The position numbers and the translations under genes are program-made. Shown here one piece after another: positions 49,867 through 64,000 of a stretch of 64,000 nt of DNA; the stretch's first letter is position 1; each line of letters starts with the position of its first letter. The notes beneath the pieces are model-generated. The model searched no databases and was not told where the DNA came from. It saw nothing but the letters and a program-made list of their open reading frames with translations. Origin of the DNA: Phoronis australis (lineage: Eukaryota > Animalia > Phoronida); NCBI GenBank assembly GCA_002633005.1, contig NMRA01000107.1:725169-789168 (forward strand). Direction: 5' to 3'.

Positions 49867-50022
49867 CAGTGCTGTAGGGGTAAAATTAAAGGTAAGTAGG
49901 CGCCCAAAGCCCACCGTATCACCCTGAGCACTGAACTTAACTTATGGTGCGTAGGCACTACGTTCAAATGCCAAAAGGTGGTTGGTTGCGCTTACCTGTG
50001 CCTACGTGCCACTACAGCACTG
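49867..50022. mobile_element. hAT-like MITE
   Basis: TIRs CAGTGCTGTAG / CTACAGCACTG; 8-bp TSD TTTAATGG / CTTAATGG. Confidence 0.7.
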
Positions 50023-51794
50023 CTTAATGGCAATTTAGGTTTTCTTTATGTATGCCTCAGAGTCTATACATGAATCTATCAAGTTTCTTGATGTATTTTC
50101 GTGCAATACGGTATATTTGTTTCTGTTGAGGAAACGAGAACAAACTGCTATTTTCGGCTGGATTTAAAATATTCTGTGCCACTCAAGATTATTATTTCTG
50201 GCAGCAGCCTCTCTGTCCTTGAAATTGCTTGGAGGATAGCTCTGAAATTTTGCTCATGTGTTCCTATTGAGATGATCACGACTGACAGGTTTTCTGATGG
50301 GTGCAATCACCGAGACGCCCGGAGTGGAAATTTGTTTGTTTATCTGCGCGCAATATTTACAAAGTTCTGTTGATGAATCTGGGTGCAATATGATGTATGT
50401 GTTACATTACTGAGAAGAGTATGCCCGGCATAAATTTTAGGACATGTCTGAGTGCTGTGGCGTCCTCTAGCGGTTCTGTATCAACCAAGTATCTTGATGT
50501 ATGGAATTTGGCAAGAATGTGACAGCGAATGTCTTGTTTCAGATGAATATAATGTATGCTGCACCACCTAGAGGTTTTTTATTTTATATATTACATATTA
50601 TTAACATCCTGGAAGCATACCCCCAGAGCACTTTCCGTTTTTCCTGTTTTTGTATGGTGTTGACAAAAAATGCAGTGTGATGTAGACTATGGTTTCATAT
50701 TTACTTCTTTTGATCAAAGATTTCAATACCCAAAACTTAACGTTCACAACCAGCTTTAACACCCACACTTGTATAATACACATATGCACTATAATCAATT
50801 TACAGGTGGGAAACTAAAGTGTCCTATCCATAGATCGATGTCAACCATGACCAAAGGCTGCGTTGTATAAATTTCCTGTGTAATAAATACTGCACTGATG
50901 TGTTTTTCTATGTGTTGCAAGTCAGAGTTTCCATGAGTATTAGATAATAAAACACTTAAGTTCACCAATACCTTACGTAAAATAATTTGACATTTTCGTA
51001 GTCTGTCTGTATTCTAAATATCACCACAGCAATTGCCCCTTTTGAAATTCTGGATCTCTGCTAGTGGTTTACACCTGATGCCCAGATTAACCAATGACAT
51101 TCCTAGCCCTATGTAGTATTTTTATGTACATCTCGAATTCATATTGTGTTGGGGATGTTCTATAATCACGATTGGAATCTTCTGGTCCATTCTCACCTGA
51201 ACCTACAATGCTTCATCAAATCTATGTTTCAGTCCTTTACTTTGCAATCGTCGTCACTAAAATGGAAGTCCCGGTGATAATTGTAAATACAACTGGCTGA
51301 AACGTTGCTTCAAGAACTGTTGAGTGGTGGTTGACGAAAACACTCCTATAGAAATAACAATAGCCAATATACGTTTTCCGTGCATCGGATAATTAGCCAA
51401 AATGTAGGATTTTTCAAAGTTACACGCTTGGGCGCGCTCTAAAATATTTACTTGGCACTGTGTAATGAGTACAACTTGTTCAACAGAAGGTTCATTGGTG
51501 CGCCATCTTATGAGCAGCAGAAAAATTACTACCCGGAAGATTTTCACCTTTACAAAATCAGTGCTCCCCGTGGGTCTGAGGTACTTGAAAGGTATGGTTA
51601 GCAATAACCATTCAGTCAAGTATGATTTTTGGCTTGCCTCGTGTTAATATACGTTCATATTTTTTCGGAACCACCATTGCAATTTCAGATTTAATTTAAA
51701 GCTTTGAGCACTAGCCGCAAAAATTTTAATGTAATTCAGATTTCAAGCTTTGAATAATCTTAACGATCTTGTTGACATCGTTTCTTGTTACTCA

Positions 51795-52090
51795 TGATGG
51801 GTCCACTTAAATTTAGAGCCCCCATCGATGTGGGTATATATCTTTATTTATATAAGTGGACCCGTCATGATGGGTCCATTTATATTCATAAAGAGTTCTA
51901 TTGATCTGGGTATATCTACTGTATACTTATATAAGTTATGAAGGGCACTTATATTTGCATAAGTGACCCCATCGGGGTGGGTCCATAATTTCTTCCCACA
52001 AATGCTGGATTTACCTATAAGGTGAGTTCAGCTACATGTATGTGTCCCGCCGTGGTGGGATTCATACAAGTATGCCCACCGTGGGTCCGT
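51795..52090. repeat. Degenerate GATGGGTCCA / CCCATCGATGTGGG repeat cluster
   Basis: Several imperfect direct and inverted copies. Confidence 0.55.
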
Positions 52091-52959
52091 CTAATCATCT
52101 CTAGAAAGCGCGACACATTTTTAAGTAATGTTTGAATTGGGCGAGATAAATCTGAACGCATAAGATTTTACAGGGTCGCAATATCTACATGTACATTTAG
52201 GTACCAGCATGAGGGAACTAGAGATACTCTTAACAAAATAATTACACTCAGTGCTACAAATATATTTGGCCATTGTTTCGTTTTGGAAGGTATTCTATCA
52301 TAAGGTCGAAAAATGAACCGTAGGCTGCACTAAATTCTGTTTACCAAATATTTTACTGCCATTTATTCATAAAACATACATCAGGAACAGCGTCCTGTTA
52401 GGCATAGCCGGCAATACTAGCCAACAGGCTGTTCACTATCCAAACAGATGAATAGTTATATAGCTAAGAACCAGTTTAACTGGAAACCTAACACTCATGC
52501 TTTAAAAACGCATTATGTAAATTGCGATTTAGCATTCTCCATAACTTTTCCAATTTGGCTAGATTTTAGACCTTGCCACCATGTTTATGCACACACCTTG
52601 ACCAAAAACCGGTTGGGATGTGAATACTATCCAGCTTATTGTTTGAGGTATGTTAACAGGTTATCATATAAAATGACTTAGTCAAGAAATTGAATTTGGG
52701 CCTATAAGAGGCCCTCCTATATGAATATAGTTTGCCTCGTCTGAAGGCGGCCAAAGAGCTGGGCCACCTATATGTGACTGGCCCGTGCTAATGCTTTGAA
52801 GTACCAAGTTGTGTAAGCACTTCATTATCCGGTTGTTGTTTTTGCTGTTTTGTAAGGCACGCCAAATCTCTGAATACCTCTATTTTTCACTCCAAGCAGT
52901 TATAATAGGTTTTGATGACAAAGTCATGTTACAGGCAAACAACACACCATCACCCAAAA

Positions 52960-53052
52960 CTATGACTGATCACTGTTTGGGAGGTTGCAATTACTCAAGA
53001 CTGGGAGTTAATGAAATTGTTAACATTTTAAGTTGGAATTATTCTTTTTAAG
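52960..53052 (+). repeat. Dispersed repeat end, copy of 1-98
   Basis: ACTGATCACTGTTTGGG..ATTACTCAAGACTG..TTTTAAGTTGGAATTATTCTTTTTAA. Confidence 0.7.
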
Positions 53053-54620
53053 GTAAGGGTAGGTCATTTCAGGTCATTAATTAACCACCACTTTTATTGC
53101 TTGGTAGAGTATAGTTCTAGGTGAAATGAAAATTCTCCAAGTCTGTCGCTTTGTCATCAAATGCTTTATGTTGATTTATTTCTTTGTTAACACACTACAG
53201 GTCCATTTGTATCTGATCAAGGTAGAATTTACAAATAACACATGTCTCAAAAATAGCTCAAAGACTATTAGATTTGGTTAAAAAATTAAGAAAGATGGCG
53301 TTGTGGAGGCCACTTTTCAATGTTTTGTTTTGCCGATCCATAGCTGCACTGTTTCTGGCGGGAATTTTCTGCGGACAAATCATTTCACAGACTATCGGGA
53401 CATTTGTTTTTCCTCAAGATCTCACCATTCTAGACTGCTATCCAATTTGGTATGTACATGTACTATGCGCAGTTTTCACATGTTCACAGCACATGCCTCG
53501 TATGTACAACAGTCTAGAGTATTACTCATGTTACTTCTAGTACTGTATCGTGATGCCTCCGCCATGTGAGGTGAGTTTCCAGATGTCCAAAGTTTGGTGA
53601 CCGGGAACTCGGGTTAAGCCATATCGTTATCAGTTTGACAGCGATAGTAGGGGAGAAAGCTGGCAAACCAATATTTATGTTCATGTAGTAAGCCCATGTA
53701 ATTCGACATTTAAATAGCGCACCAGACGCTAACTGATACTAAAAAATACTCTGCGAACAACTTTCAACAAATGTCGTGAACAAGATGAGTTAGGTATGAA
53801 ATGCGATCACTAAAAAACTTCGAAGAAAAAAAAACGAATGACTTTCAGAGAAATCAGACTTAGCTTTAACCTGCTGATTCATTTGTGAGGCTTTAAGCTC
53901 TGGCTTGCTTAACCTTAGCTTTGTGTACCAACACAAAAATGTCAAAATTAATTATTCAAAAGACAAGTGAGTAATCTAGGAAACTGGACTCAGAGTAAGA
54001 TCAAATGCATAGATTGTTCTTGTCAGTACACGGTCCCTGATAAACTTTCCACGATCAAGGACAGCCTTCTGAAATAAGACTGAACAACCTTCTGATAGCA
54101 AAATGGACCGTTCCTATCTTTTTTGCTTAAAACGAGTGTGCCATCGTCTAAGCTGATTTTTCGCTCCCAGAAGTGATATTTGACATGTTTTATGCCATTA
54201 CTACATTGAAAAAATAAATATATTCCCTTAAATATAATAACTACGAAAATGGCACTACTGGTAAGGCGTAAGAACACAGCCTTAGAGGTTGAAACTGTCT
54301 AGTGTCAGCTCTATATAGGCTGGGCGGATAATATGCTTCTGCATGTTCATTACGTAGTTGTTCACGTCTTTAAATTCACTGAATAGATAAAGCATTGCCG
54401 CGAGATTAAGCAAGATTGTAAATGGAACCACCGTAAACAAGAAACATTGCCAATTACTGCAATGTATTTATTTGTTACGAACGCATAATGTCTGTTTGAT
54501 CAAGAGTGTCCTTAACAAAAAGCTACATTGGGAATAGTTTGCTGAATTGCGACAGAAACTGGAAATTTCTACAGTGGCTGTAAAAGTACGCCACGGCAAA
54601 TTTTTCTCCGTTTGACATCT

Positions 54621-54850
54621 ATAGACTTACTATTTCTGTCGATAGACTTACTAACTCTACCGATAGACTTACTAACTCTATCGATAGACTTACTATCAAT
54701 GTCGATAGACCTACCATCTCTATTGATAGAAATAGAATATCTCTCGATACACTTATTAACTCTATCGATAGATTAATTATCTCTATCGATAGACAAACTA
54801 ACTCTATTGATAGACTTACTATCTCTACCGATAGAGTTTATAAGTCTATC
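54621..54850. repeat. 21-bp minisatellite, ~10 units, palindromic core CTATCGATAG
   Basis: ATAGACTTACTAACTCTATCG units in tandem, ending in an inverted TAAGTCTAT. Confidence 0.9.
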
Positions 54851-57800
54851 ACCATTCAACAGACGACATCGGTAACGAAACCGAGATTATGGACCTCTTG
54901 AGATTCTAATACATTAAGTAACCCCGGCTTTGCTTTGTCAGCAAGTGTGATTTGAGTCGCTATATTGTAGACATATATCAGTGGGCACTGAACAGACTGA
55001 TGAACTGTTGAAATTGATATCATATGTTGGATAAGTTCTGTTAACGATTTGTTGCATTGCAGTAATTCTATGGCTTAAAAGTTCGTTCTGATTTTGTCAC
55101 TATCTGGGTAAACACGATGCACCTGAGTTTGTTATCAGAGTCGGTTATTGCTAACACCTTTGCGATATTGTCTAAATCATGTTTTTTTAGATCACCGCAT
55201 TGTTCTTGTCACGTTTGGCAATGTAACTGTGTCCGTCTTCGCAGTGGCTCAGGAAATCATATGTAGGCACTGAACAGACTGCTGAACTGTTGAAATCATT
55301 CTTTAAGTTAGTAGACAAACTTTTTGTAATGTATAAGTTAATTTTTTGTGTTGCAAATATAAGGATTTTTAGTTCAACTTACATACATGTACTGAGTGTT
55401 GCGGTAACTGTACGCAAGATAGGAGGGAGATGGATTTGAGCCGTTTTTATATTTCAACAAAATTGGAATTGACATGTATGATTTGACTTTTTGTGTAATA
55501 GATGTACGTACGTATGAGGATTTTTCAATTAAAAGTATATCATACATAGTGTGGCGGTAACTGTAAGCAAGATACTTGTGCGTGTGGGATGGTTTTTTAA
55601 GAGTCAACGATTCGTCACTTCAGAAGATTAGAATTATCGGCAATAGCTTCCATTTTTGAAGGTGTGCTGACCATTGCTTCGCAGTGCCATTTTTAAGCCG
55701 CCAGTTTATCACAGGTGCAACCACGTTGTGTGCAGTTGCCAGTATGGCAGTATTGATAATTTAAGAGATTTGTTGTTATTGCGTGATGCAGAGTATATTT
55801 AGGATGCATTATCTGAGCAAACCTGCTAAAATCACGAAATGCTGGCGGAGGCACTTTCACCAATTAGGTGGATACTTTGCTCACCAATTTGTACTCATGC
55901 ATAAATTACTAAACCTTATCTTTTTACCTGGCATCATTCTGTAAAAATAAAAAGTAAGATACTCCGATGGGGCTTTTTTCGCCACAGGGCAAGAAGGTCA
56001 AACATGCCAAAAATGTGCAAACGCTCAAGGAGCTTAAAGTTCATTCGTGACTTTGAATGGTTATGATTATTTAAGTTCAAGCCCGTGCTGTCCTTTAAAA
56101 TTGATTTCGTTGAGCATCTGATTGGTTTTGAATTTTATCTCGACTTTCTGTTGGCGGCACTGAACTTGACTCAATATCACTGAAGCTAGGATGTGTAAAA
56201 CCTGAAATTTTCCGAAATGAACAGTCCAATTTTGAAAAAGTGGTACCAATTTTCACCAAAAAAAAAACGGTGTAGCTGTAAATAAAACCTTCATTGTTTC
56301 CCGTAATATATACTTAGCTGTAGGATAATTTACCCATTTTCGACAATCCGACTTCATTTGTGTGCACTTTCGCGTAATTGTCTTCACAATCGACAGTTCA
56401 AGATGATGTCACGTGACATTCCAAAACCCACCGAAATATATAGTGTAACTGGAAAGTTTTATATCAGTTATTCTTTTTCATTGAAAACTGTTTTTAAAAA
56501 GACTGAATTTTAATAGAAAGATAAGGGTTTGACCGTACTTTCAACAAGAATTCTGGTTTTGAGAATATAACAGAAGAAAGGACGATCAGGAGATGTGTTT
56601 GTTGTCTTGAAAATCGACAGCAAAGTGTTCTGTAGTCGGCGATGAAAAGAATGACTGTGGTGATTGTTCTGAGGTGTGACGGAAATAGGTCCATTATCTG
56701 CGCTACATAAACACTTTGGAACACCTAACAGAATGAAAAAAATGCTGAACAAAGCTGTTGTCACAAGGACTCCGCTGCTGAGCCGACAGCTCATCAGTGT
56801 GTCCCAGTCACAGAAGAAAATTTTTACGGACTTATTCCCGTCTAAACTGCGCCTACTCAGATCATGGAGGGAAGAAGAGAGAGGATCTTACAGCTCCAAG
56901 AAGTTGCCGCACAATTAGTTTAATCAGTTGTCTTGGATGAAATAAGAACTGAGAGTGAGAGCAATGTGATTTCCCAAAATGATCAGATATGCATTGTTTT
57001 GTGCAATTCTGGATTCTACTAGTACTCTGAATTAACCAAAGGTAACCCGAGAACCAGTTACTGCTGAATAATAGGCATCACTGTGCGGAAGTCACTGATC
57101 TGGTAATTGTTTACAATATGACAACATTGACCTACACACATGATTTTGACATCGTTCGATTCCGCTCTCTGTCTCAATGTTATCTTAGCAAAATTACATG
57201 AAAAGAACCCCTACCCCCTTCCCTTATTATTTTATCGTAAATCATCAGCTCCTGCTATTTCCCAGTAGTGGTATCACCACGATGAATGGAAGGAGTCATC
57301 TAGCGGCTGAAAACTGAACTAATCCACCGACACCCATACATCTGCAGAGGGTCGTTCCTCATAAGTTCAAACTGACCGAGGCAAGTCGATCCCGGGGCTG
57401 GGCTACGGTCCCAAGGATTCGAATTCCTATGGTGACCCATACATCCACTAACCAGAATCCACAAAAAAGGGTTGATTTCGAGGTCCAAATTCGTGAGAAG
57501 GTATCACTTCAAAGAGATTTGTGGAAGAGTGGTCAGATGGTCACAATTTTAGTTTTTTTTGGAAAAGGCTGAAATGCTGGCCCTTGTTGCTTCTTGTTAT
57601 CTCAAGAAAATCTCGCAGGCAAACACCATTTACAATCGATGATGCTGTTTCAGTCAATAGGAATAGGTGTCGCTGTAATCTTGAGTTGAGCGAACATTGC
57701 GCCGATGTCACAACCAGGTGGACAGAAATTTTACGATAAAATAGCGAGGAAATGCGGTAGAGGACACATTCATAAATTTTGGAATGAGAACGATAGGCGT

Positions 57801-58589
57801 AATTGAATGATACCAAAATCATATGTGTACGTAATTGTCATATAAACAATTACCACTGGTTTGCGTCAGGGCTGGATAATTCAGAATAATCTAAATTCAA
57901 GATTACTTTATTTTATTTATTTTTGTCAAGTTAAATGGCAGGCAAGTTGCATTTCGCCATCTTCCATTCACTGTCATCTCGGGTATAACTTGACAAATGA
58001 CAACGGAGGTAACCCCAGTGAGAACCCTCATGAAGGCATGAAGCTATATCCAAGGCATACAAGTAAAAACTGGTGTGTTAGTTAACTTGTGGCGTCTTTT
58101 TTCAAATTGCGTTCTAACTTTCTGGCAAAATGTAATATTGATAAAATGGCGTGGGGAGAAACAAACTTCTCTGCCAGGAACATGTTGGTATTGCTCCATG
58201 TTTGCCAAATTCTTTCGTCAACCGTCTTTTGCTTTGTTCATTAGTGGCCTGCTATTGTACTTTGATATTCATTTAGATTTTCAAACTACTACAGGCAGCG
58301 CCTTGATTTCCGACATTTTGGCAAAACTTGTTTTAAGGGATAACCACCTTCTCGAGCAAATTGCCGTGTAAATTACATTCCATCTACCAGAATTGAACCT
58401 GGACTAGTCAGTTGCCCTCAGAAGGCATTGCTGATTGCATAAAAGCTCAGAAAGCCCCTATGCGAAATCAACCATTACCCTAAAGAACACTACAGCAGCC
58501 AAAAGCTGCTTTTACAACTCTTCACTCCTCCAGGAAGGGCATAATTTACACACCAACCACCAGTTGTAGTCATCTGTGATACAACTTAA

Positions 58590-60763
58590 AGGAGAATGCC
58601 ACCCAATTTAATTAGTCTTTTTTGCCGTCTTAATCGGTCTATATCCACATTGCCTCGCATACGGTCGAACGTACCTTGCCGAGAGGTGTTGCGTTAACCA
58701 GTGAGGAAGGTGAGAAACGACGCAGAGACGTCAGAGGTTTATTTGCAGAGTGAATGCCGCTATGTTGCGGTGCATCGTTCCCGCTTGTACGAACTATGCA
58801 GCTGCGAGGAAAGCGTGCACATGGTTTTTTCGACTTCCTTGAGAGTCCGAAATGCTTAGGAAGTGACTCGCGGTAATGAAGAAGGAAAATAACGCTGTTA
58901 ACAGCAGTACGAGGCAGTTAAACATCTCCTTGTCTGGGGCTGGCAGTCATGGACAGCAAGTCTGACGAATGCCGGCTTATCAAAGAACTATCCATGCGTT
59001 CCGTTGTCTGTGCATGTTCACGGAGCCTCTCTAGCATTTCTTGATCACTGTATTCCGGTTCGATGTGTGTACTTACAGTGATGTTATCTGCCTGAATAGT
59101 TGTCAGGCTTCTATGCAGTCTGACGTCTTGTCGACCCTCCTTCGTAACAGCTAAACCAGGATTCTCTTCTACCCGCCGTACACTAACTAGTTGGAGGCGT
59201 AGCTTGATGTCGTCAGATGGCATCCAGCTTCCTCGACTCGTTTCGACCCTAAACCATAACGGTCTCCACTGGTGGATCCACAGTGGCGGCCAACCCACTG
59301 TGCATCACTGAGGCCTCCAACTTCCTTCATTCCGACGGTACCACAGCCAACAAGATGTCCTCTCAGCTGTCTCGCCCCGTCTTCTCACTGCAGCTTTCTT
59401 CCTTCCCCCTCGCACACCAAGTTTCTCCAGCAACCACCATGCAGATCTTGCAGGGAATCCTCTACATCCCACCTCTACAGGAAACCACTAAGTTCGCCAG
59501 CCGCGAGCTCTGCATGTCTCCGCCAGCTCGCTATACTTAGATAACTTCCCCTCATGGGCCTCTTCGCATCCTTCCTCCCAAGGCACCGTAAGATCTATAA
59601 TCAGTATCGAACTGATAACCTGTGAAACTTAACGATCCACCTGCGAACTCTTCGTCGAATGAACTCTCGTCTAGAAGTCGGGATTGTGTTGACGTTCTGA
59701 GTTCTGTTTCAAAATGAAATATTCCCGCCCTAACCAATGCTTATATAAAACTGACTCAAAATCTGTCTCATTAGATACAATTTGTAATGACTTTGGAGTA
59801 TTCGTGAGTGCAAATGTTTTGAGAAGCCAGCAATGAATAAACCGCTGCATTACCGGCTTCAGATGCAATAAAGGTAATTGACCTTGCACCGAGCCCGTGT
59901 GAGCGCATGCTAATTCAGTGTTTGCTGACAGAAACTGTTGTGAAACAATAACCCGATTTTCTATCCCACGGCCAGGTCTTAAGGGAATCTTTATTTACAT
60001 ATACATTATTTAAATAATTATTGTTAATGTAAAACTTTTGCCCTGACGATTCTGTGGCCAAAGGGGAACCTTAATTCGCGGCCCTCGACGAGTAAGTAGA
60101 TTTGCAGTTTCGTGGCTAATTCACCAACATAATCACGTGCAGAATTGGCTCACTAGTAAAGTATTTTCTTGACTGGAAGCTTAGTTTCCAACTTTGGCTG
60201 GTTTATGTTCGTGATGTCTTCAGTCCGGCCGCGCCTGGCCTGATCGGGTTCCAAGCCACTGGACTGGATAACAATCGTTTTGTGTGCTTAAAACTTAAAA
60301 AAATCTTAAGTCTAAACAACACAGATCCAGGTTCTCCTGTCAGTATTTCTCGGAAGAATACTTCGAATTCATCTCCGAACAGACCCCAAACTCCTGCTAC
60401 GGACCTTGGTAAATTGTCCTGCCGAACTTTGTAGGCTACGGTGTGTCCAAATACCAATAAATCCGTAACAGCAAAATAAAACAACACGTTTTTATAAGAA
60501 CTCGGTGTATTTTTAAGGGTTTTACATAGAAGTTGATGATTTATTGGTGTTAAACGATGAATTCAAGCGATAAGCTGACACCAGTAGCCCGTGCTGTGAA
60601 CTGCTGAACAGACTGCGTGTGAAACCAACGATGTCATTGGATAATTTCAAAACCTCCGTCTGCCGTCAGGTGTCAGGTAACGCAACAGAACGTGCCGATA
60701 TTCAATGGAACTACTCGATCTAAATTGATACAAAATAAGATGTTTTTTGTGTGGCATGCTCCT
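58590..60763 (+). mobile_element. Second Kolobok copy, opposite orientation, with ~540-bp insertion
   Basis: TTAA|AGGAGAATGCCACCC..GTGGCATGCTCCT|TTTA; reverse-complement collinear with 35648-37382; THAP remnant from 58754; extra segment ~59064-59605. Confidence 0.85.
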
Positions 60764-61329
60764 TTTATTCCTGTTATCTGGAGTTGAACCTGGACCATCT
60801 CGTTACTCTCACAAAGTGAGTTAGAAGAGCAAATAACACCGTCAATGGCCCAAAAGCCCAATCTCTTATCCCAGACCAATTATCGTCCTCACGAACACTG
60901 CTACCAACCACTGGTTGCTTGTACACTACTTATCATTTTTGAGTGTGCAACTAAACATTGATGAAGTAATTATAGATTATGTAGCAGTGACCCAGTTCAT
61001 GACAAACTTGCACCCACTGTCATGAATTTTATTGTAGTGGTTTGTACATGTACCTCCCGCAGAAAACAAGTGTATTCTAACTGACAACAGCTTCTTTAAA
61101 GGGAACAGCCAAGGTTAGACTTGCTCCTTTCAACTACCACATGTAAGACAATGGACTTGCAAGTTATATTTCAAGTGAGGTCTAACTGCATTGATGGTTT
61201 TCGTGAAAACTACCGCCACAAGTATTTTTCATAAGAACAACGTGTTGTAAAAAGTCATCTGTGTTTTTTCACTGGATCAGATGACAACACTTTCCTTTCG
61301 TCGCGACATCCCCCACTCACAGTCATTTT

Positions 61330-61780
61330 TTCCAGGAGGACACTCTTAGAGTGCTAAGCACTAGCTGTTGAGACAAGACTTTAGCAAGTCTTGTATATTT
61401 TTTGCCAGCTCTATGAAAGTGCCAGATTTCTGGAAGCGGGAAAGACAAGTCATTCACTTAACGTCTGATCGGATGAATACCCTTGCTTCTCTTTTTACAT
61501 GCTCCAACTTTAACTGAGTGTTGCCGATATTGATCAAATCCAACATTTATTCGTTCGAAACCGATTCCCACAGCCAGAATGGTCTTCACAAACGACTGCA
61601 TAGTCTCCAAATGTCGCTGCAGAAAACGTCTGTCAACTTTAAGGACGTCCTTCATGTCTTCTTTCTTACTTTGCTTTGGACCAATGTTGAGCTTTCATTA
61701 TTATTCAATGTTTTAAGAAAAAATTTACGGAAAATGTTCTGTTCGACTTGCCATAACCTTTATAAGAAACATATTGTAGC
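61330..61780 (-). pseudogene. Academ-like transposase remnant
   Basis: KDVLKVDRRFLQR; FVKTILAVG..FERINVGFDQYRQHSVK..R.KG..PIRR; PLPEIW; internal deletions and stops. Confidence 0.5.
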
Positions 61781-63094
61781 AAATGATGATCGTGTAGCTG
61801 TAATAAAAATGAAACTGAAATCGAAGTGGCTTGTTTGCTGGTAACCCATTGCAACTGACATTTTCGTGTGTTCAAAATTCAACCTTTGAGCATAATCCTG
61901 ACATCCATTCACGAAAATTGTGCTTAAAATGAGCTTCCAATGCACGAGCACCTAATACATTGACATATCGCTCGAGAGCTGAGAATACTTATTTAGGCAT
62001 TACAATTCCACGATGATGGCTGGTGGCCATCTTAGATTTATCGATGACGTAAGCAAATTTCATTTTGCCATACAATGGTGTGCCTGAAACACTCCAAAAC
62101 TGGTCTAAATTTGTGTTTGAGGATGCCCTGACATATTTGAGCTCACTGTATTTCGAATGAAACATGTGCAGCATAATGTGAGCTTGACCTTGACCTTTTC
62201 GCGTAACCATGACCTCCAATTACAAAAATAAAATCAAAATCGATTTTCCGGAATAAGGCGTGACCAATTAATCAAATTACGGGAAGGTGTAACTAATCGA
62301 AAAAAATGCCAGGGATAATCAATGAACCGTAATTTTACTAAAAGTGGCCTGCAAAAAGATTGCATTCTCCTTTAAGCACGTGTTTGATGTGTGCTTTACT
62401 GCTGTGATGGCAAATGCATTGATTTCACGAAACGGAGCAATTGTGAATCACAGGTAATGAATGTAGGGAAACTTTTAGAAATTTAAAGTTTGGAAGTAAA
62501 AACGAACTTTGAAACAAATTATTGTCCAACTTTGATACTCGCAGTGGCGACTTGATTTTTCCCAAGTCACCAAATAGAGCGCTTTGTTTTGCAATTTTAA
62601 TAAAATATCTGCCACACTATGTCGTAAACTGATGGTTTTGAAGACAACGTGGTTCTTTGACCAGTAAGACCAGTTACCTTAGCAGTACGTCCGTAGTGTG
62701 TTGCATGGGGTTGGTCATGAAAGAGCCATTTGGCTAGAGTTCATTTCCATCAGTTGTTATTCGAAGTAGCATTAGGTAGTCTCTGCTAGAATGACTTGCC
62801 GCCTAAAATCGACATGGTAGCCTACTTATATATAGAGGTTTTGTCAACTGTGCACAGCGTGTTGTACAAAACATTCACCCAGTAACATCCCAGGGACCCT
62901 TTTGGCTTCCAGGGAGTGGATATTTTCATTTTAGTTTGAAAAAATCTTTTTCTCAGGCTCTCAAGTTAATTAAAACTGATACCAACCTGTGTTGATGGAT
63001 TTGGTATTGATGTTTTTGTTCCCAATGAAACTGGGAACGATTTCGGGCTGGAGAAGAAATGTTATAGATGAAGACCAGATGCGAGTTCCAATAA

Positions 63095-63293
63095 ACTGAC
63101 TTAAAATCAATTTTAACTCAAGTCTAACATTTGTCTTAACTTTCAAACTTTGAAACTTCCACGTCGGAAATTTAGTCAAAATTAAACAAAACGTAAATAA
63201 GAAACTTAAGACCTCTTTATTGAAATGGACCTGAGACAAATTTAAATTTTTAAGATTTGTCTCAGCTAAGTCAGTTTTCTTGAAACGGGCCCC
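63095..63293. mobile_element. Harbinger-type MITE right end
   Basis: Ends TTTCTTGAAACGGGCCCC followed by AG; subterminal TAAG/TTAAG-rich repeats. Confidence 0.45.
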
Positions 63294-64000
63294 AGGCTCA
63301 CCTAGCCACACAAATAAGGCTTCTGTCTGCTCAACCATGCCATATAAAGTAGCAACCAGTATTCTCTTCACATGTCGGAACCATGAGTCAGGACATATTT
63401 TTATGTGCCCAGGCTCAGAAAGTCGTTTCTGAACCCGGCTGCGTGAGCTCAACTTTCTAAAGAGATCTACAATATTAGTTCGTCGCATGCCCAGAAAACA
63501 CTTTCAAACTGATATTGGGAGCAAGTTTATGAATCTAAGAGATTTTAAGCAAGAATTTGTGTTGTGGCAAAAATGGGATTACAACACCTTTTACACCTCA
63601 GCCAAGTTCTTGGTAGACCCGTCACACCCTGTCATCGTGAATAAAACAAACAATTTGGTCACAATCCACTGAAGTTTATTATACGATTTCCATCAATTTA
63701 GATGCCATCCATTGAAATGCACCAGTGACTTCAACGACAAGAGCGAGTTTCCGAAAGGTTTGTGACAAATACTTATCAGGTCATATGTTTGTAAATTATA
63801 CATTTATATCAATTCATTACGAATAGGGTAGTTCTCTTCCTAGATTAGTGTTTCGTATTTCCAATTTTGACTTAATAAACAATCAACGACAAAGGGCAGC
63901 ACGGTAATTGCCGAGCGATCACACAATACCATGCTCTTCAACCGTCAATCATTCCCGTGTTGAGGGACAAAAACATAAGAGGCCTGATTCTAATCTCCCA

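Noticed and set aside
54621-54850. CRISPR-like regular repeats
   Set aside because: Units are directly adjacent with no unique spacers, no cas genes, and the context is eukaryotic.
57300-57480. Possible SINE or structured RNA around GGATTCGAAT
   Set aside because: Only a degenerate B-box; no A-box, tail or TSD identified.
62970-63488. 172-aa minus-strand ORF
   Set aside because: Reads through a Harbinger-type MITE end and has no recognisable domain.

Overview
Eukaryotic, AT-rich, repeat-dense animal genomic DNA (probably a marine invertebrate such as a lophotrochozoan; this is inference) with three N-gaps. The one clearly intact host gene, which the ORF track misses as a unit, is a 14-exon minus-strand gene (CDS 43915->12463, 1767 nt, 588 aa by my exon assembly). 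It encodes a secreted reprolysin (M12B) metalloprotease: signal peptide, prodomain, furin sites, HELGHNLGARHD zinc motif, Met-turn, ADAMTS disintegrin-like Cys-rich domain, Thr-rich stalk and a C-terminal PLAC-like domain, with no thrombospondin repeats (MIG-17-like architecture). Intron 12 holds a decayed Gmr1-type Gypsy element (SCAN-like gag, PR-IN order, 5-bp TSD) that itself contains a LINE RT fragment, a tRNA SINE and Harbinger-type MITEs. The rest is decayed transposon DNA: two Kolobok elements with THAP remnants, a HERO-like RLE fragment, Sola-like and Academ-like remnants, hAT/Harbinger MITEs, a hairpin element carrying a tRNA-like cassette next to the protease stop codon, an intronless degenerate kinase, and minisatellites. 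No CRISPR array or functional RNA gene is supported, and I found no demonstrably new system; the candidates are listed as findings.
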